Virus record (IMG/VR): IMGVR_UViG_3300011113_000640
Coordinates: 256,542 to 320,541 of that record
Reading direction: 5' to 3' (one strand)
Length of the DNA stretch: 64,000 nucleotides
Every line of letters starts with the position of its first letter. The stretch's first letter is position 1. Of the stretch, positions 45,274 to 54,217 are shown in pieces. The position numbers and the translations under genes were made by a program. The notes beneath the pieces were generated by a model. The model was not told where the DNA came from. It made no database searches and was given only the letters and a program-made list of their open reading frames with translations.

Positions 45274-45861
45274 TTAGATTTTTGCAAGATCAAATGGAAT
45301 TTTTCTCAAGTCTGGATAAATTCCTGGTTGCGATTTGGGGTCAATAGTTGGTAATAGTTCCAAGCCCTTGGCACACAATTCCAAAGTAGGGCAATAATGC
45401 CACCCTAAAATTAATTCTGTTTCTTCTTGCCAAGGTATGTGTAAGTCTCGCCCATCTGCTCTTTGTCGACTAAACACTTTGTATGCTTCTGCATCGTCCA
45501 GCAATATTGCTCCCGCCTTGCCCAACTGCAAAGGTTTGGTCCAACCAAAGCTCAAACATTGAAATTGACCTGCACGATACATGTTGCGTTCCAAGCGTCT
45601 GGCACTGTCCCATATACGAGAATTGGCAAATTGATATTCGCCTCGCCAGGTTTGATCAGTAAGTTTGTAATCAACACCCAGATGAGTCAGCATCATAGGA
45701 ACACTGAGATAAGTGTATGCTGTAAAACTGGTTTGTTTTACCCGATCATATCTGAAACATAGTTCAAGAGCATGTGTACAACCATCTGTGAGTACCACAT
45801 AAGGTGCGCCAGTGTACTCGGCCAAGGCTGATTCAAAGTCAAACAAGGCTTGAAAACTCAT
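45274..45861 (-). CDS. Short DegT-like PLP-dependent protein
   Basis: TDGCTHAL, DSAR, SFGWTKPL; lacks the C-terminal domain. Confidence 0.7.
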   Translation of the reverse strand: MSFQALFDFESALAEYTGAPYVVLTDGCTHALELCFRYDRVKQTSFTAYTYLSVPMMLTHLGVDYKLTDQTWRGEYQFANSRIWDSARRLERNMYRAGQFQCLSFGWTKPLQLGKAGAILLDDAEAYKVFSRQRADGRDLHIPWQEETELILGWHYCPTLELCAKGLELLPTIDPKSQPGIYPDLRKIPFDLAKI

Positions 45862-46220
45862 TCGCTTAGATGATCCTTTTTGATTTCTCGCACCGAACAT
45901 CCTAGTTGTTCAGCTATGGAATTTTTTAGCTGTATTCTCTGATTATTTAAATTTCTTATCATGATAGCTCTACGGCCTAATTCTTCCAACGACAATTCAG
46001 ATTCTCTGCCTGATTTTAATTCTGCTTCTAAATTCCAAATTTCACTGTGTATGCCATGCAGTTGAGCTAATTCTTGTTCGACCATGCCAAGATCGTATCC
46101 GCTGTCGTTGAGCTGACGATCATAGAAATCAAATTCTTCCTGATTCGCTCCATTGGTCTTGGCTAATTTTAACTTGGCAATGGCAAATCTGTCTACCAGT
46201 TCGATCACAGGAAATATCAT
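45858..46220 (-). CDS. Hypothetical protein
   Basis: 120 aa helical protein, ATGA-coupled. Confidence 0.7.
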   Translation of the reverse strand: MIFPVIELVDRFAIAKLKLAKTNGANQEEFDFYDRQLNDSGYDLGMVEQELAQLHGIHSEIWNLEAELKSGRESELSLEELGRRAIMIRNLNNQRIQLKNSIAEQLGCSVREIKKDHLSE

Positions 46221-47245
46221 AGATACATGGTCTCAAGTCGTTTAGGATCATCTAAAATCTTTTGTATTTCAATATTGTTGACATTGGGCCTGCATGGTCG
46301 GCATAGGCCAACATTGGTTCGATTGTAAATCTCTTGGTGTCGTTTGCCCAACCACAGGTCTCGGAAATCGCCGGAATCCCAAGAACCTAGTTCAAACTGT
46401 GGATCACCTTTGCCTTCACAACACACATAAATCTTGCCATTGGCACAAAACACTGGAAAATGAAACATTTGGTGGCATTTTTTATAAGTTCTTGGCAGGG
46501 TCTTGTTGGTGTTAACCCAATATTTTACATTGTGCTTTTGTCCAAGATGTTCTAACATGGTCAAGGTAGCATCCGTCAACGTATGTGCCTGATTGTTTAC
46601 TATCACTGGTCTAAAATACAACATTCTGCCGCCCAGGCGTTTGACCAGGGCAAACAAGTCATCCATGGCTTGATAATTGTCATTGAGCGGATTGATCAAG
46701 CATTTGAAATCTACATTGGCTCCGGCTTCGATCAAGGCCCGGGCATTGTCACACACCTTGTTGAACAAACTCCTGGCTGTAAGACTGCGTCGGATCTGTT
46801 CATACAGATCCTCAGTGCCAGCATCTATATCTATGCCAATCCAGGCTATCTTGCGTAGTTTTTCCACGGACACACTGCTCAACAATTTGTCTAGATTGCT
46901 TCCATTGGTAGTGATACTACAAAAAAATCCCAAGTCAATGGTGTGTTCTATCACATGTTCATAACCAATCAATACCGTGGGTTCGCCGCCGCCTGGATAG
47001 GTAATGGTGTGCGTGGTACCATAACTTCGAGGACTGTGCGCTCGCCACCCGGCCAATTTATCCAAGAGGTCAATGTATTCAGTGTATTTTTTTTGCACCG
47101 GTTCTTGAGCTCTAAATTCTGCCGAGTTGCAATAGTAACAATCTTGATTGCACACATTGGTCAGATCGATGTCTACCTGCGCAGGCAAGATACCCATGCT
47201 GTCTTGATTTTTCATCCAGTGGACGAGTTCGGCAAATTGATACAT
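46217..47245 (-). CDS. Radical SAM protein with SPASM/twitch domain
   Basis: CNQDCYYC, GGGEP, C-terminal C..G..YVCC and CRPC. Confidence 0.9.
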   Translation of the reverse strand: MYQFAELVHWMKNQDSMGILPAQVDIDLTNVCNQDCYYCNSAEFRAQEPVQKKYTEYIDLLDKLAGWRAHSPRSYGTTHTITYPGGGEPTVLIGYEHVIEHTIDLGFFCSITTNGSNLDKLLSSVSVEKLRKIAWIGIDIDAGTEDLYEQIRRSLTARSLFNKVCDNARALIEAGANVDFKCLINPLNDNYQAMDDLFALVKRLGGRMLYFRPVIVNNQAHTLTDATLTMLEHLGQKHNVKYWVNTNKTLPRTYKKCHQMFHFPVFCANGKIYVCCEGKGDPQFELGSWDSGDFRDLWLGKRHQEIYNRTNVGLCRPCRPNVNNIEIQKILDDPKRLETMYL

Positions 47246-47248
47246 GTT

Positions 47249-48199
47249 TTACTTAGTGCTATACCAAGCCCAGGCATGACGAACCATGTCCTCAAGCCCA
47301 TATTGTGGTTGCCAAGAACTGACCTTTGCAAATTTGGTACTGTCGGCTGTAAGTATGGCCGGATCTCCTGGCCTTAAAGGTCCTACTCCTAAGTTTACAC
47401 GTTGACCCGTGATCTGTTCGGCCATGTTGATGATCTCTCGATTGCTGTGGCCGGTGTTGGTACCAAGATTGTATAGGCCAGTGGGTATTTTCGTGTCGCA
47501 GACCAGGATATGTGCATCGGCCAAGTCTTCCACGTGTATGTAATCTCTGATACAGGTACCATCCACAGTAGGGTAGTCCGTGCCATTGAGGGTAAAGTGT
47601 GTGTTGTCTCTAATGCTTTCTAAGACTCTAGCGACGATGTGTGTGGCTCCAGGTCTTTGTCCATGTCGTGCCTGGCTGTCTGCTCCGCAGGCGTTGAAAT
47701 AACGAAAGCTCACATAGTCCAAGTCATAGGCACGATGATAACTCTGCAACATCCAATCCACCATGAGCTTGCTTTGACCATAGGGGCTAATGGGCTCTGC
47801 AGGATCTATTTCCTGGCAGGGTGTTATTACAGGATTACCATATGTGGCCGCACTTGAACTAAAGATCAATCTGGTTTTAATTTGTTTTTGTACCAACCAA
47901 TCGCAAAGTATCTTGGTCCGAACAAAGTTGTTCTCGTAGTATTCCTCAGGATCCAACATGCTAGGACCCACAAGACTGGTGCCGGCACAGTGTATGATGG
48001 CATCGGGCTGGAATGTTTCTATGGCACGCAGAGACACTTCACCGGCAAAATCTGCCACCAGCCACTTGGCACCGCAGTCGATCAAGGGATTGGGATCAAG
48101 ACTACGATCAATAGCAAACACACTGTGCCCACGATCCAATAAACCAAGAACTGTTTGGCCACCTATGTAGCCAGCACCACCGGTGACTACTACTCTCAT
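47249..48199 (-). CDS. galE: UDP-glucose 4-epimerase
   Basis: TGGAGYIG, SPYGQSK, FRYFNACG, IRDYIHVEDLA, RPGDP. Confidence 0.9.
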   Translation of the reverse strand: MRVVVTGGAGYIGGQTVLGLLDRGHSVFAIDRSLDPNPLIDCGAKWLVADFAGEVSLRAIETFQPDAIIHCAGTSLVGPSMLDPEEYYENNFVRTKILCDWLVQKQIKTRLIFSSSAATYGNPVITPCQEIDPAEPISPYGQSKLMVDWMLQSYHRAYDLDYVSFRYFNACGADSQARHGQRPGATHIVARVLESIRDNTHFTLNGTDYPTVDGTCIRDYIHVEDLADAHILVCDTKIPTGLYNLGTNTGHSNREIINMAEQITGQRVNLGVGPLRPGDPAILTADSTKFAKVSSWQPQYGLEDMVRHAWAWYSTK

Positions 48200-49395
48200 A
48201 CTTTTCTCACGTGATATTTGGCCTGGCTCACATGGTCTCTGTAGCGATTGCCTGCACGGTTCCAAGACTCACCCTTGCCCTCCAGGATATCTACGATACG
48301 ATCCACAGTACCGTCGGTCCAGTCTGAGATAAGACCCTGGTTGTGATGCGGTGCTCCCAGCAAGTTTTCTAACTTGTGGAAGGCATCATCAATGCTCCAA
48401 GGCACATACAGGCGATTAGGATCGTCAGCAAAGGTTTCAGGGAAACTGCGATAAGCAGGATACAGCACGTTGCAACCAAGAGTATCGGCTTCTGATACTG
48501 TGTTAGATACCCAGTCTTGTAAAGCACAATTAAACAACACACGAGTATCGTTGAGAAGATTGTAATAATCATTTTTCTTCAAGTCCTCATAGATTTTGAG
48601 TCGGCCTTGTGATTCTAACTCTCTGGCCCGCAGGATATAACGCACATTGTTGCTTCGTAGTGGTCCGCCTTGAAACACAGCGAACTCGATATCCTTGTGT
48701 CGTCCTTGAGCCAGATACATTTCAATCAAGTCCATGTAAAAGTCTGGTTGTTTCTCTTGATCAAATCTCGCGGCAAAGCCCACACGCATTTTTCTTTGGT
48801 CAAATGGTTTCATATTTTCTGCGCCACCAATGCGTTCCAGCACTTCTTGTTTGCCAAATGCTAATCCACTGATGTTGTAGATTGGAGCAGTCCATCCTGC
48901 AATACGCATGTGGGCAACCATTTCTTCGTTGGTGGCCAATACCCCTGTCACGAATTGGTTAACCATCTTTTCATACGTCGACATCCACTCCGCCATGCCC
49001 CATACATGAACAAAGTCATCCGGATCAATGGCTTGAGCAAGACAACGTACATAAATGCGAGGACGCTGAGACTCAGGCACTTGATCCAGAATATAAGGTA
49101 AGCTCTCGATACCGGGCTGAAACATGTCTTCAAAGTAGATAATATCTTCACGGGTGACTTCTCCATTCCTCATCATTTGCACCAGATTCATCATCTGGCT
49201 CATGCTAAAGTAACTGCGGCCATGTGCATCCAATACCTGGCCCACGCTGATGCTTTGCGTGTTGTCAATGGTGGATCCCGGAACATACACAACATCTAGA
49301 CCGCGGCGTTCAAATACCCTGCGATTCCATTCTGTGAGTTGTAGGGTGTAACGAGCTTCGTAGCTCTCTAGACCCATGTAGAACAATTTTCTCAT
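48196..49395 (-). CDS. GT-B fold glycosyltransferase
   Basis: ARFDQEKQP, QDWVSNTVSEA (E-x7-E-like), VLYP. Confidence 0.75.
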   Translation of the reverse strand: MRKLFYMGLESYEARYTLQLTEWNRRVFERRGLDVVYVPGSTIDNTQSISVGQVLDAHGRSYFSMSQMMNLVQMMRNGEVTREDIIYFEDMFQPGIESLPYILDQVPESQRPRIYVRCLAQAIDPDDFVHVWGMAEWMSTYEKMVNQFVTGVLATNEEMVAHMRIAGWTAPIYNISGLAFGKQEVLERIGGAENMKPFDQRKMRVGFAARFDQEKQPDFYMDLIEMYLAQGRHKDIEFAVFQGGPLRSNNVRYILRARELESQGRLKIYEDLKKNDYYNLLNDTRVLFNCALQDWVSNTVSEADTLGCNVLYPAYRSFPETFADDPNRLYVPWSIDDAFHKLENLLGAPHHNQGLISDWTDGTVDRIVDILEGKGESWNRAGNRYRDHVSQAKYHVRKV

Positions 49396-49613
49396 ATGTT
49401 GCGACCCAGCCTGCGAGCATCTTCCACCCACATGTTCTTGGCATTTTTGCCCTGGCTGAACTTGTTGTACTGTTGCCAGGCATAGGCCTTGAAGTTGTAG
49501 AGATCTTCCTCGCGGAATCTGTAGCCATAGTCGCGACAGAACTCCAGGAAGTTGCTCAACTCTTCTAGTGTTTGTAATGCACGTGGATTGGGACGGTATT
49601 CACGCTTGCCCAT
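49392..49613 (-). CDS. Small hypothetical protein
   Basis: 73 aa, AAGGA RBS. Confidence 0.7.
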   Translation of the reverse strand: MGKREYRPNPRALQTLEELSNFLEFCRDYGYRFREEDLYNFKAYAWQQYNKFSQGKNAKNMWVEDARRLGRNI

Positions 49614-49624
49614 GATGTTTCCTT

Positions 49625-50074
49625 TTAAATTTTGATTGATTGATAAGGGCGAGAAGTTTCATACTTGATAAGGCAACCGTTCTCGCCATCTTCGGCCACC
49701 TCAATCCATACAGCACGCTCGGGATAACGTGCAGCTATCTGTGTATATAGGTCATCTGCGATCATCTCGCAACTTTTCCAGTCTAGAGCTAGAACGGTAT
49801 TTTGACCATGATACAACGACTCGAGCCATCGTTTGAACTGGATAAACTCGATGTCCCGGTCATTGTGCCACACATCGATCCACACCCGGAAATGAAAAAT
49901 GTGCCTATGAGGACTAGCAAGAAACGATACATCATACTCTCCTGCTGTATTTAACTTGGGATCAGTGGCAGCTGCCGGATAACAATGGATTCCTTCTCGA
50001 CGGAACGTGACCCAGATCTTACGCTCTGCATGTTCCTTGATGCGTTCTATATTTTCTCTTTCGCTTTGAATCAT
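49625..50074 (-). CDS. QueD-like (tunnel-fold, 6-pyruvoyltetrahydropterin synthase-like) protein
   Basis: HCY, HRHIFHF, DRDIEF, SCEMIA, VAEDGE. Confidence 0.75.
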   Translation of the reverse strand: MIQSERENIERIKEHAERKIWVTFRREGIHCYPAAATDPKLNTAGEYDVSFLASPHRHIFHFRVWIDVWHNDRDIEFIQFKRWLESLYHGQNTVLALDWKSCEMIADDLYTQIAARYPERAVWIEVAEDGENGCLIKYETSRPYQSIKI

Positions 50075-50298
50075 AGTGCGTTCCTCATTTCAGTGATCCA
50101 CTCATCCACACGTGCCTCGGCTTCCTTCTGCGTCATGGCCGGCACAGTAATACGGTATGGTGTGCCTGGTCTATGACTGATATCATAGCGTATGGTTCCA
50201 TTGAGTATCATATCGTTTTCATCACGCAACACTGTAAACTCTTGCAAGTTCATAGCACGATAAATCAGTTCTTCTGCTTGCTGTTTTACATCATTCAT
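50071..50298 (-). CDS. Small hypothetical protein
   Basis: 75-aa coupled ORF. Confidence 0.6.
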   Translation of the reverse strand: MNDVKQQAEELIYRAMNLQEFTVLRDENDMILNGTIRYDISHRPGTPYRITVPAMTQKEAEARVDEWITEMRNAL

Positions 50299-50813
50299 TT
50301 AAGCACCTCATCTTGGGTATATTTAGACCAGTCAGTGAATACTGACCTCCGTTGTAACGCATGTAGACTGTGGCACCATACTCCAGGATTGGTTGCCGCA
50401 AAATCTCGATCATCCAGTTTGAGTGTGGCATTGTAGCCAAACTGACGTATGTAAGGTAGTTTGACCGAAATCATGGGAATAAAGTTATGGAACTCTACCA
50501 AACTGCTTTCCAGTAAGCCTTCGGCCTGTGCTACATCCAGGTCCAAGGTACAATAGTTGGGAATCTGTTCTAGACAAACACGGATCATCCATTCCCAATC
50601 ACGCCAACCATCGCCGTCGTTTTTATCTAACGCTGGAAAACTTTGATTGGCACCAAAGTAAATGTGTTCACAATCATTGTTGTTGAATTGTTGTAGAACA
50701 ATCTGTGGATCTTGTATGCCCACCACAAACAAGGTCTTGAGACCATATGCTGGCGAGTGTTCTACTTCGGTTCCAATAAAGAAACTTACCGCTTCATGTC
50801 CTTGTCGGTTCAT
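50295..50813 (-). CDS. Hypothetical protein in the deazaguanine cluster
   Basis: GTEVEHSPAYG, HIYFGAN, GVWCH. Confidence 0.75.
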   Translation of the reverse strand: MNRQGHEAVSFFIGTEVEHSPAYGLKTLFVVGIQDPQIVLQQFNNNDCEHIYFGANQSFPALDKNDGDGWRDWEWMIRVCLEQIPNYCTLDLDVAQAEGLLESSLVEFHNFIPMISVKLPYIRQFGYNATLKLDDRDFAATNPGVWCHSLHALQRRSVFTDWSKYTQDEVLK

Positions 50814-52381
50814 CGTATCTGATCATGTTCGAGTTGATCTAATCGGGCCTGTTGGTCCGGGCTAAATTGTTCTTCTAATTGTACACTGTCTGACTCGTTG
50901 TCGTCAACTGTTTCGAACAGTTGGTTGAACATGGGTCTGCCGCTCTTGGCTTTTTTGCCTTTGAATCCACGTGTGCCAATAATTTCCATCCAATAGCGAT
51001 CATACTTTTCAATGATCTTTTCGGCTTCTGCACGATCTGGTGTGGCAAATATCGCATCTACAATATCTCGGAAATATTCATGATCACCATCTTCTTTACG
51101 CATCATGTAGGGATACCGGCCAGAATCGTATTCTCTATTGGCACGCTGTACCGCTTCGATGTGCATCCAAACATTGTGACCCATCAACAATGCGTAACTA
51201 AAGCTATCCCACGATGTCTTGCCTTCTTTGCCAATCTTGTTTAAGTCTCCTGGCTTGTAGATACAGATGTCTTTCATCTGTAGTTGTTTGCTGATAGGAC
51301 TTTCGTCAAAGTGATCAATGAGTCCATCGGCCAACACAGCCGGTCCAAACTGGCGTGTGTCTGTGGCATACTTCTTGTCGTCCACAATGGGACTCATTCT
51401 GTAACACCATTTGCCTTCGTGTGGAAGATCAATGTGATGATACACTTGACCGTTGGCAGTTGCCAAGAATGGACTGGCACAATCAAATGATATAGTAAAT
51501 GCTGGATTAACATATCGGCGAACCGCACGTTGGATGTCGGTAAGCAACACTGCCCATTCAAGTTTACTTGTGCCCAAGAAGTGCATCCAATCATGTACGC
51601 CTTCTTGCAATAGGCCATCATGCCGCAAGGCCACAAGTCTACGCAAAATCAGGTGTACGTCACACATGTTCTGACCGCCCATGGCCCAGCCATCAAAGTG
51701 TGTGTCTGGATACTTTGCAGGATCACAATACTCTTTCATGATTTCATACCAGTCGTCGGCATTCTTGTGATTGTCGCCTTGTAATACGTTCAGGATCTTG
51801 GTACCGCCATTGGCTTTGCCTTTGCGATTGGCCATGAAGTATTCGTTGTTGTACTTGGTGGCATCAATTGCCTGCTGCAGAGTTTTAATCTGGCAGGCAT
51901 CGCTTGCCTTTTGATCATGGATTACCCAGGTTGGAATATCCAATGTCATACAATAGTCACTGACACTGTCCAACCAAGTTAGCACTGCCTTGCGTTTGGT
52001 TTCAGCTTTTTTACAGCCCGAATTGGCCTTCCAGTCACCTTCCCACAGGCCCTTGGCAATCTGGAATCCACCTGAATCGCCCAGCATCAAGGTATTAGGA
52101 TCACGGTTACGCACCATGTCTTCTGACCAGTCCTGTTTGTTCAAATCAAGATTGGCATGGCCACCCGAATATAGAGACCACCGGTAAGGAAACAGACCTT
52201 TTTGGCTGTTGAGCCAGTTCATCTGCTCCATGTCCTGGATACCAGCGGGCATCCTTGCTGGATCCACATAAGGTCCAGCAGGATCACGTTGCTTGCCTAC
52301 GAATGTAGCATAGAAACCACTGATAGCCGGCAAGAACACAGCATAATCATTTTGCTTGGCGGTAAGGTTATCTTGACTCAT
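50810..52381 (-). CDS. tRNA-guanine transglycosylase-like protein, candidate DpdA DNA transglycosylase
   Basis: GDSGGFQ, TLDIP, VLQG, GWAMGG, HFLG, SFD TGT-fold motifs; start MSQDNLT. Confidence 0.8.
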   Translation of the reverse strand: MSQDNLTAKQNDYAVFLPAISGFYATFVGKQRDPAGPYVDPARMPAGIQDMEQMNWLNSQKGLFPYRWSLYSGGHANLDLNKQDWSEDMVRNRDPNTLMLGDSGGFQIAKGLWEGDWKANSGCKKAETKRKAVLTWLDSVSDYCMTLDIPTWVIHDQKASDACQIKTLQQAIDATKYNNEYFMANRKGKANGGTKILNVLQGDNHKNADDWYEIMKEYCDPAKYPDTHFDGWAMGGQNMCDVHLILRRLVALRHDGLLQEGVHDWMHFLGTSKLEWAVLLTDIQRAVRRYVNPAFTISFDCASPFLATANGQVYHHIDLPHEGKWCYRMSPIVDDKKYATDTRQFGPAVLADGLIDHFDESPISKQLQMKDICIYKPGDLNKIGKEGKTSWDSFSYALLMGHNVWMHIEAVQRANREYDSGRYPYMMRKEDGDHEYFRDIVDAIFATPDRAEAEKIIEKYDRYWMEIIGTRGFKGKKAKSGRPMFNQLFETVDDNESDSVQLEEQFSPDQQARLDQLEHDQIR

Positions 52382-52484
52382 TGCGTCCTGAAAGCCATCC
52401 AGCAAGTTTTCCAATACCCACGCTTAAAAAAATAAGACCGAATATCAACACTACACTGAGTCCTAAACCAATCAACAGGTCCAT
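52368..52484 (-). CDS. Small membrane peptide (38 aa; not in ORF track)
   Basis: MDLLIGLGLSVVLIFGLIFLSVGIGKLAGWLSGRNESR; start overlaps the clamp stop. Confidence 0.55.
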   Translation of the reverse strand: MDLLIGLGLSVVLIFGLIFLSVGIGKLAGWLSGRNESR

Positions 52485-53206
52485 TATTTGCTCTGTGCTG
52501 GCAGGATATAGTTGTAAACAGCAAGACCTGAATCCACAGTGATCATGGCCGCACCATCATCACTGATTTTAAATGTCTTGTCGCCGGTCAAATCAAGTAT
52601 GCTGATTACCAGGCCAATGGGCCATGACCAAGAACGCTTGAGTGTGCCCGTTACACCAGGATGGAACACAAAGTTACCCGAATGAGTTGAGTGATCGCCA
52701 AAGCTAAACTTTAGGTCACCGTTTTCGGTTTTGGCCTGGAAGTTTACTTCTTCAGCATTGGCTTGTGCCTGCATTTTCAGTCGCTGGATAGCGGCCACAG
52801 TCGGAACAAACTCAATGTGCCAATTTACACCTTTAAATTTCACAGTCTTGAGTTTTTCGTTGATGATTTCACTTGCCATGAATCTGTAGTTGTTTTTGAA
52901 GTCGCCAGTGGCGTTTTCAAAGTTGATGCCGTCGGGTGCTCCGGTATCTTTTCTCGTGATTGACAGTCTGGCGTTGTCTTTATATTCCGACAGGCCCAGT
53001 AAGATGCGCAGTTTGCTCAAGTTGGGCATGCCAAAGTTGCCAATGAATTCGGCCACGGGTGCGGCAAATGCGCCTTCTACTACCACGCTACGATCCTCGG
53101 CTACTGCGCCAATCACTGTGGATTTGTCATCACCGGTGATCTTGATTAGGTCAATGCAACCTAATTTCTGTGTGTGTTCTACTAAATCTAATAAATGATC
53201 TTTCAT
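52484..53206 (-). CDS. Sliding clamp / DNA polymerase processivity factor (gp45-like)
   Basis: 240 aa, two-domain size, near PolB, C-terminal YNYILPA; AGGAG RBS. Confidence 0.7.
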   Translation of the reverse strand: MKDHLLDLVEHTQKLGCIDLIKITGDDKSTVIGAVAEDRSVVVEGAFAAPVAEFIGNFGMPNLSKLRILLGLSEYKDNARLSITRKDTGAPDGINFENATGDFKNNYRFMASEIINEKLKTVKFKGVNWHIEFVPTVAAIQRLKMQAQANAEEVNFQAKTENGDLKFSFGDHSTHSGNFVFHPGVTGTLKRSWSWPIGLVISILDLTGDKTFKISDDGAAMITVDSGLAVYNYILPAQSK

Positions 53207-53226
53207 GTGTTATTCTCCTTGTGTTG

Positions 53227-53255
53227 ATTATACAGTGTTTATTTAGATTTTGCAA
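53227..53255 (-). promoter_or_regulatory. Composite promoter for the clamp gene
   Basis: TTGCAA-17 bp-TATAAT with TAAATA in the spacer. Confidence 0.65.
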
Positions 53256-54216
53256 CAGGTTTGGGTAGGATTTTTGCCAAGGTCTGGCCTCCTTTGAGAG
53301 ATTTTAATTTTCCTGGTTTTTTTAGCTCCAACCAAACTGATGGGCCCTCGTCTTGGTGTCTGAATACTTCTTCAAAGCCCAGATAGTCAATCCAACCCAT
53401 GACCAAACTGGCAGGGGTATAACAGGTTATTTCTTGTTCTACCATTTGAATTGCCTGGTATCTATCACAATCGTTGTAGGTTATTATGGCCACACCACCT
53501 GGTGTGAGTTTTTCATAAATCTCTGTCAGATATTTTTGTATCATTTCGAAAGGTTTATAATTCAAATAATTGTAAACCAAACAGAAAGCTAGTTGGTTGT
53601 CTGGCACCGCAGAAAACAGAGACTCGTCAAAACTTTCCTCAATGATGCTGACTCGCAATCTGCTCCGGTAGGTTGGATTAAATTTTTCTAAAACTGGATC
53701 CAGCAAATACATGTTTTCATCCAGCACATAAAGTATGTCGCTGCCACTCATGTGATCAATGAACCCTTCCTGAGTAGGGTGTACGATCATGGCATTGTAG
53801 TGCCAATCACAATAGGCAGCCACACGACGGTGTAGCACAGTGCGGCTGTCGTTGTCTAAAATTAATAACTTGTTTTTGTGTAGGTCAACCGATTCAGGTT
53901 GTTGAAACAATTTTGTTTCTAGTTGCTTTTCGTAGTTGCTCAAACTTTTCTGTAGCCAGAATTTTCCTTCCTGTTCGACTTTTATTTTTACTTCATTTTT
54001 AAATTCATTTATGGCTTTTTCAAAGTCTTGGAAGGCATGCTGTAAGGTTTTATTCTTGTCTGCTAGATTTAGATGACAATTTTTTTCTATTCCAGAGTCA
54101 CCCAAGTTGGTTTGATGTATGATGTGCTGAAATCTTTGCTGGCTAAGTTCACTGATATCCTGCATAGACAAAATATCTAGTTGATTTTTAAGACGGACAA
54201 GTTCTACGAAATTCAT
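53239..54216 (-). CDS. Coiled-coil protein with C-terminal methyltransferase-like domain
   Basis: FCLVYNYLNY, LTPGGVAIITYND; start MNFVELV. Confidence 0.55.
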   Translation of the reverse strand: MNFVELVRLKNQLDILSMQDISELSQQRFQHIIHQTNLGDSGIEKNCHLNLADKNKTLQHAFQDFEKAINEFKNEVKIKVEQEGKFWLQKSLSNYEKQLETKLFQQPESVDLHKNKLLILDNDSRTVLHRRVAAYCDWHYNAMIVHPTQEGFIDHMSGSDILYVLDENMYLLDPVLEKFNPTYRSRLRVSIIEESFDESLFSAVPDNQLAFCLVYNYLNYKPFEMIQKYLTEIYEKLTPGGVAIITYNDCDRYQAIQMVEQEITCYTPASLVMGWIDYLGFEEVFRHQDEGPSVWLELKKPGKLKSLKGGQTLAKILPKPVAKSK

Positions 54217-54217
54217 G

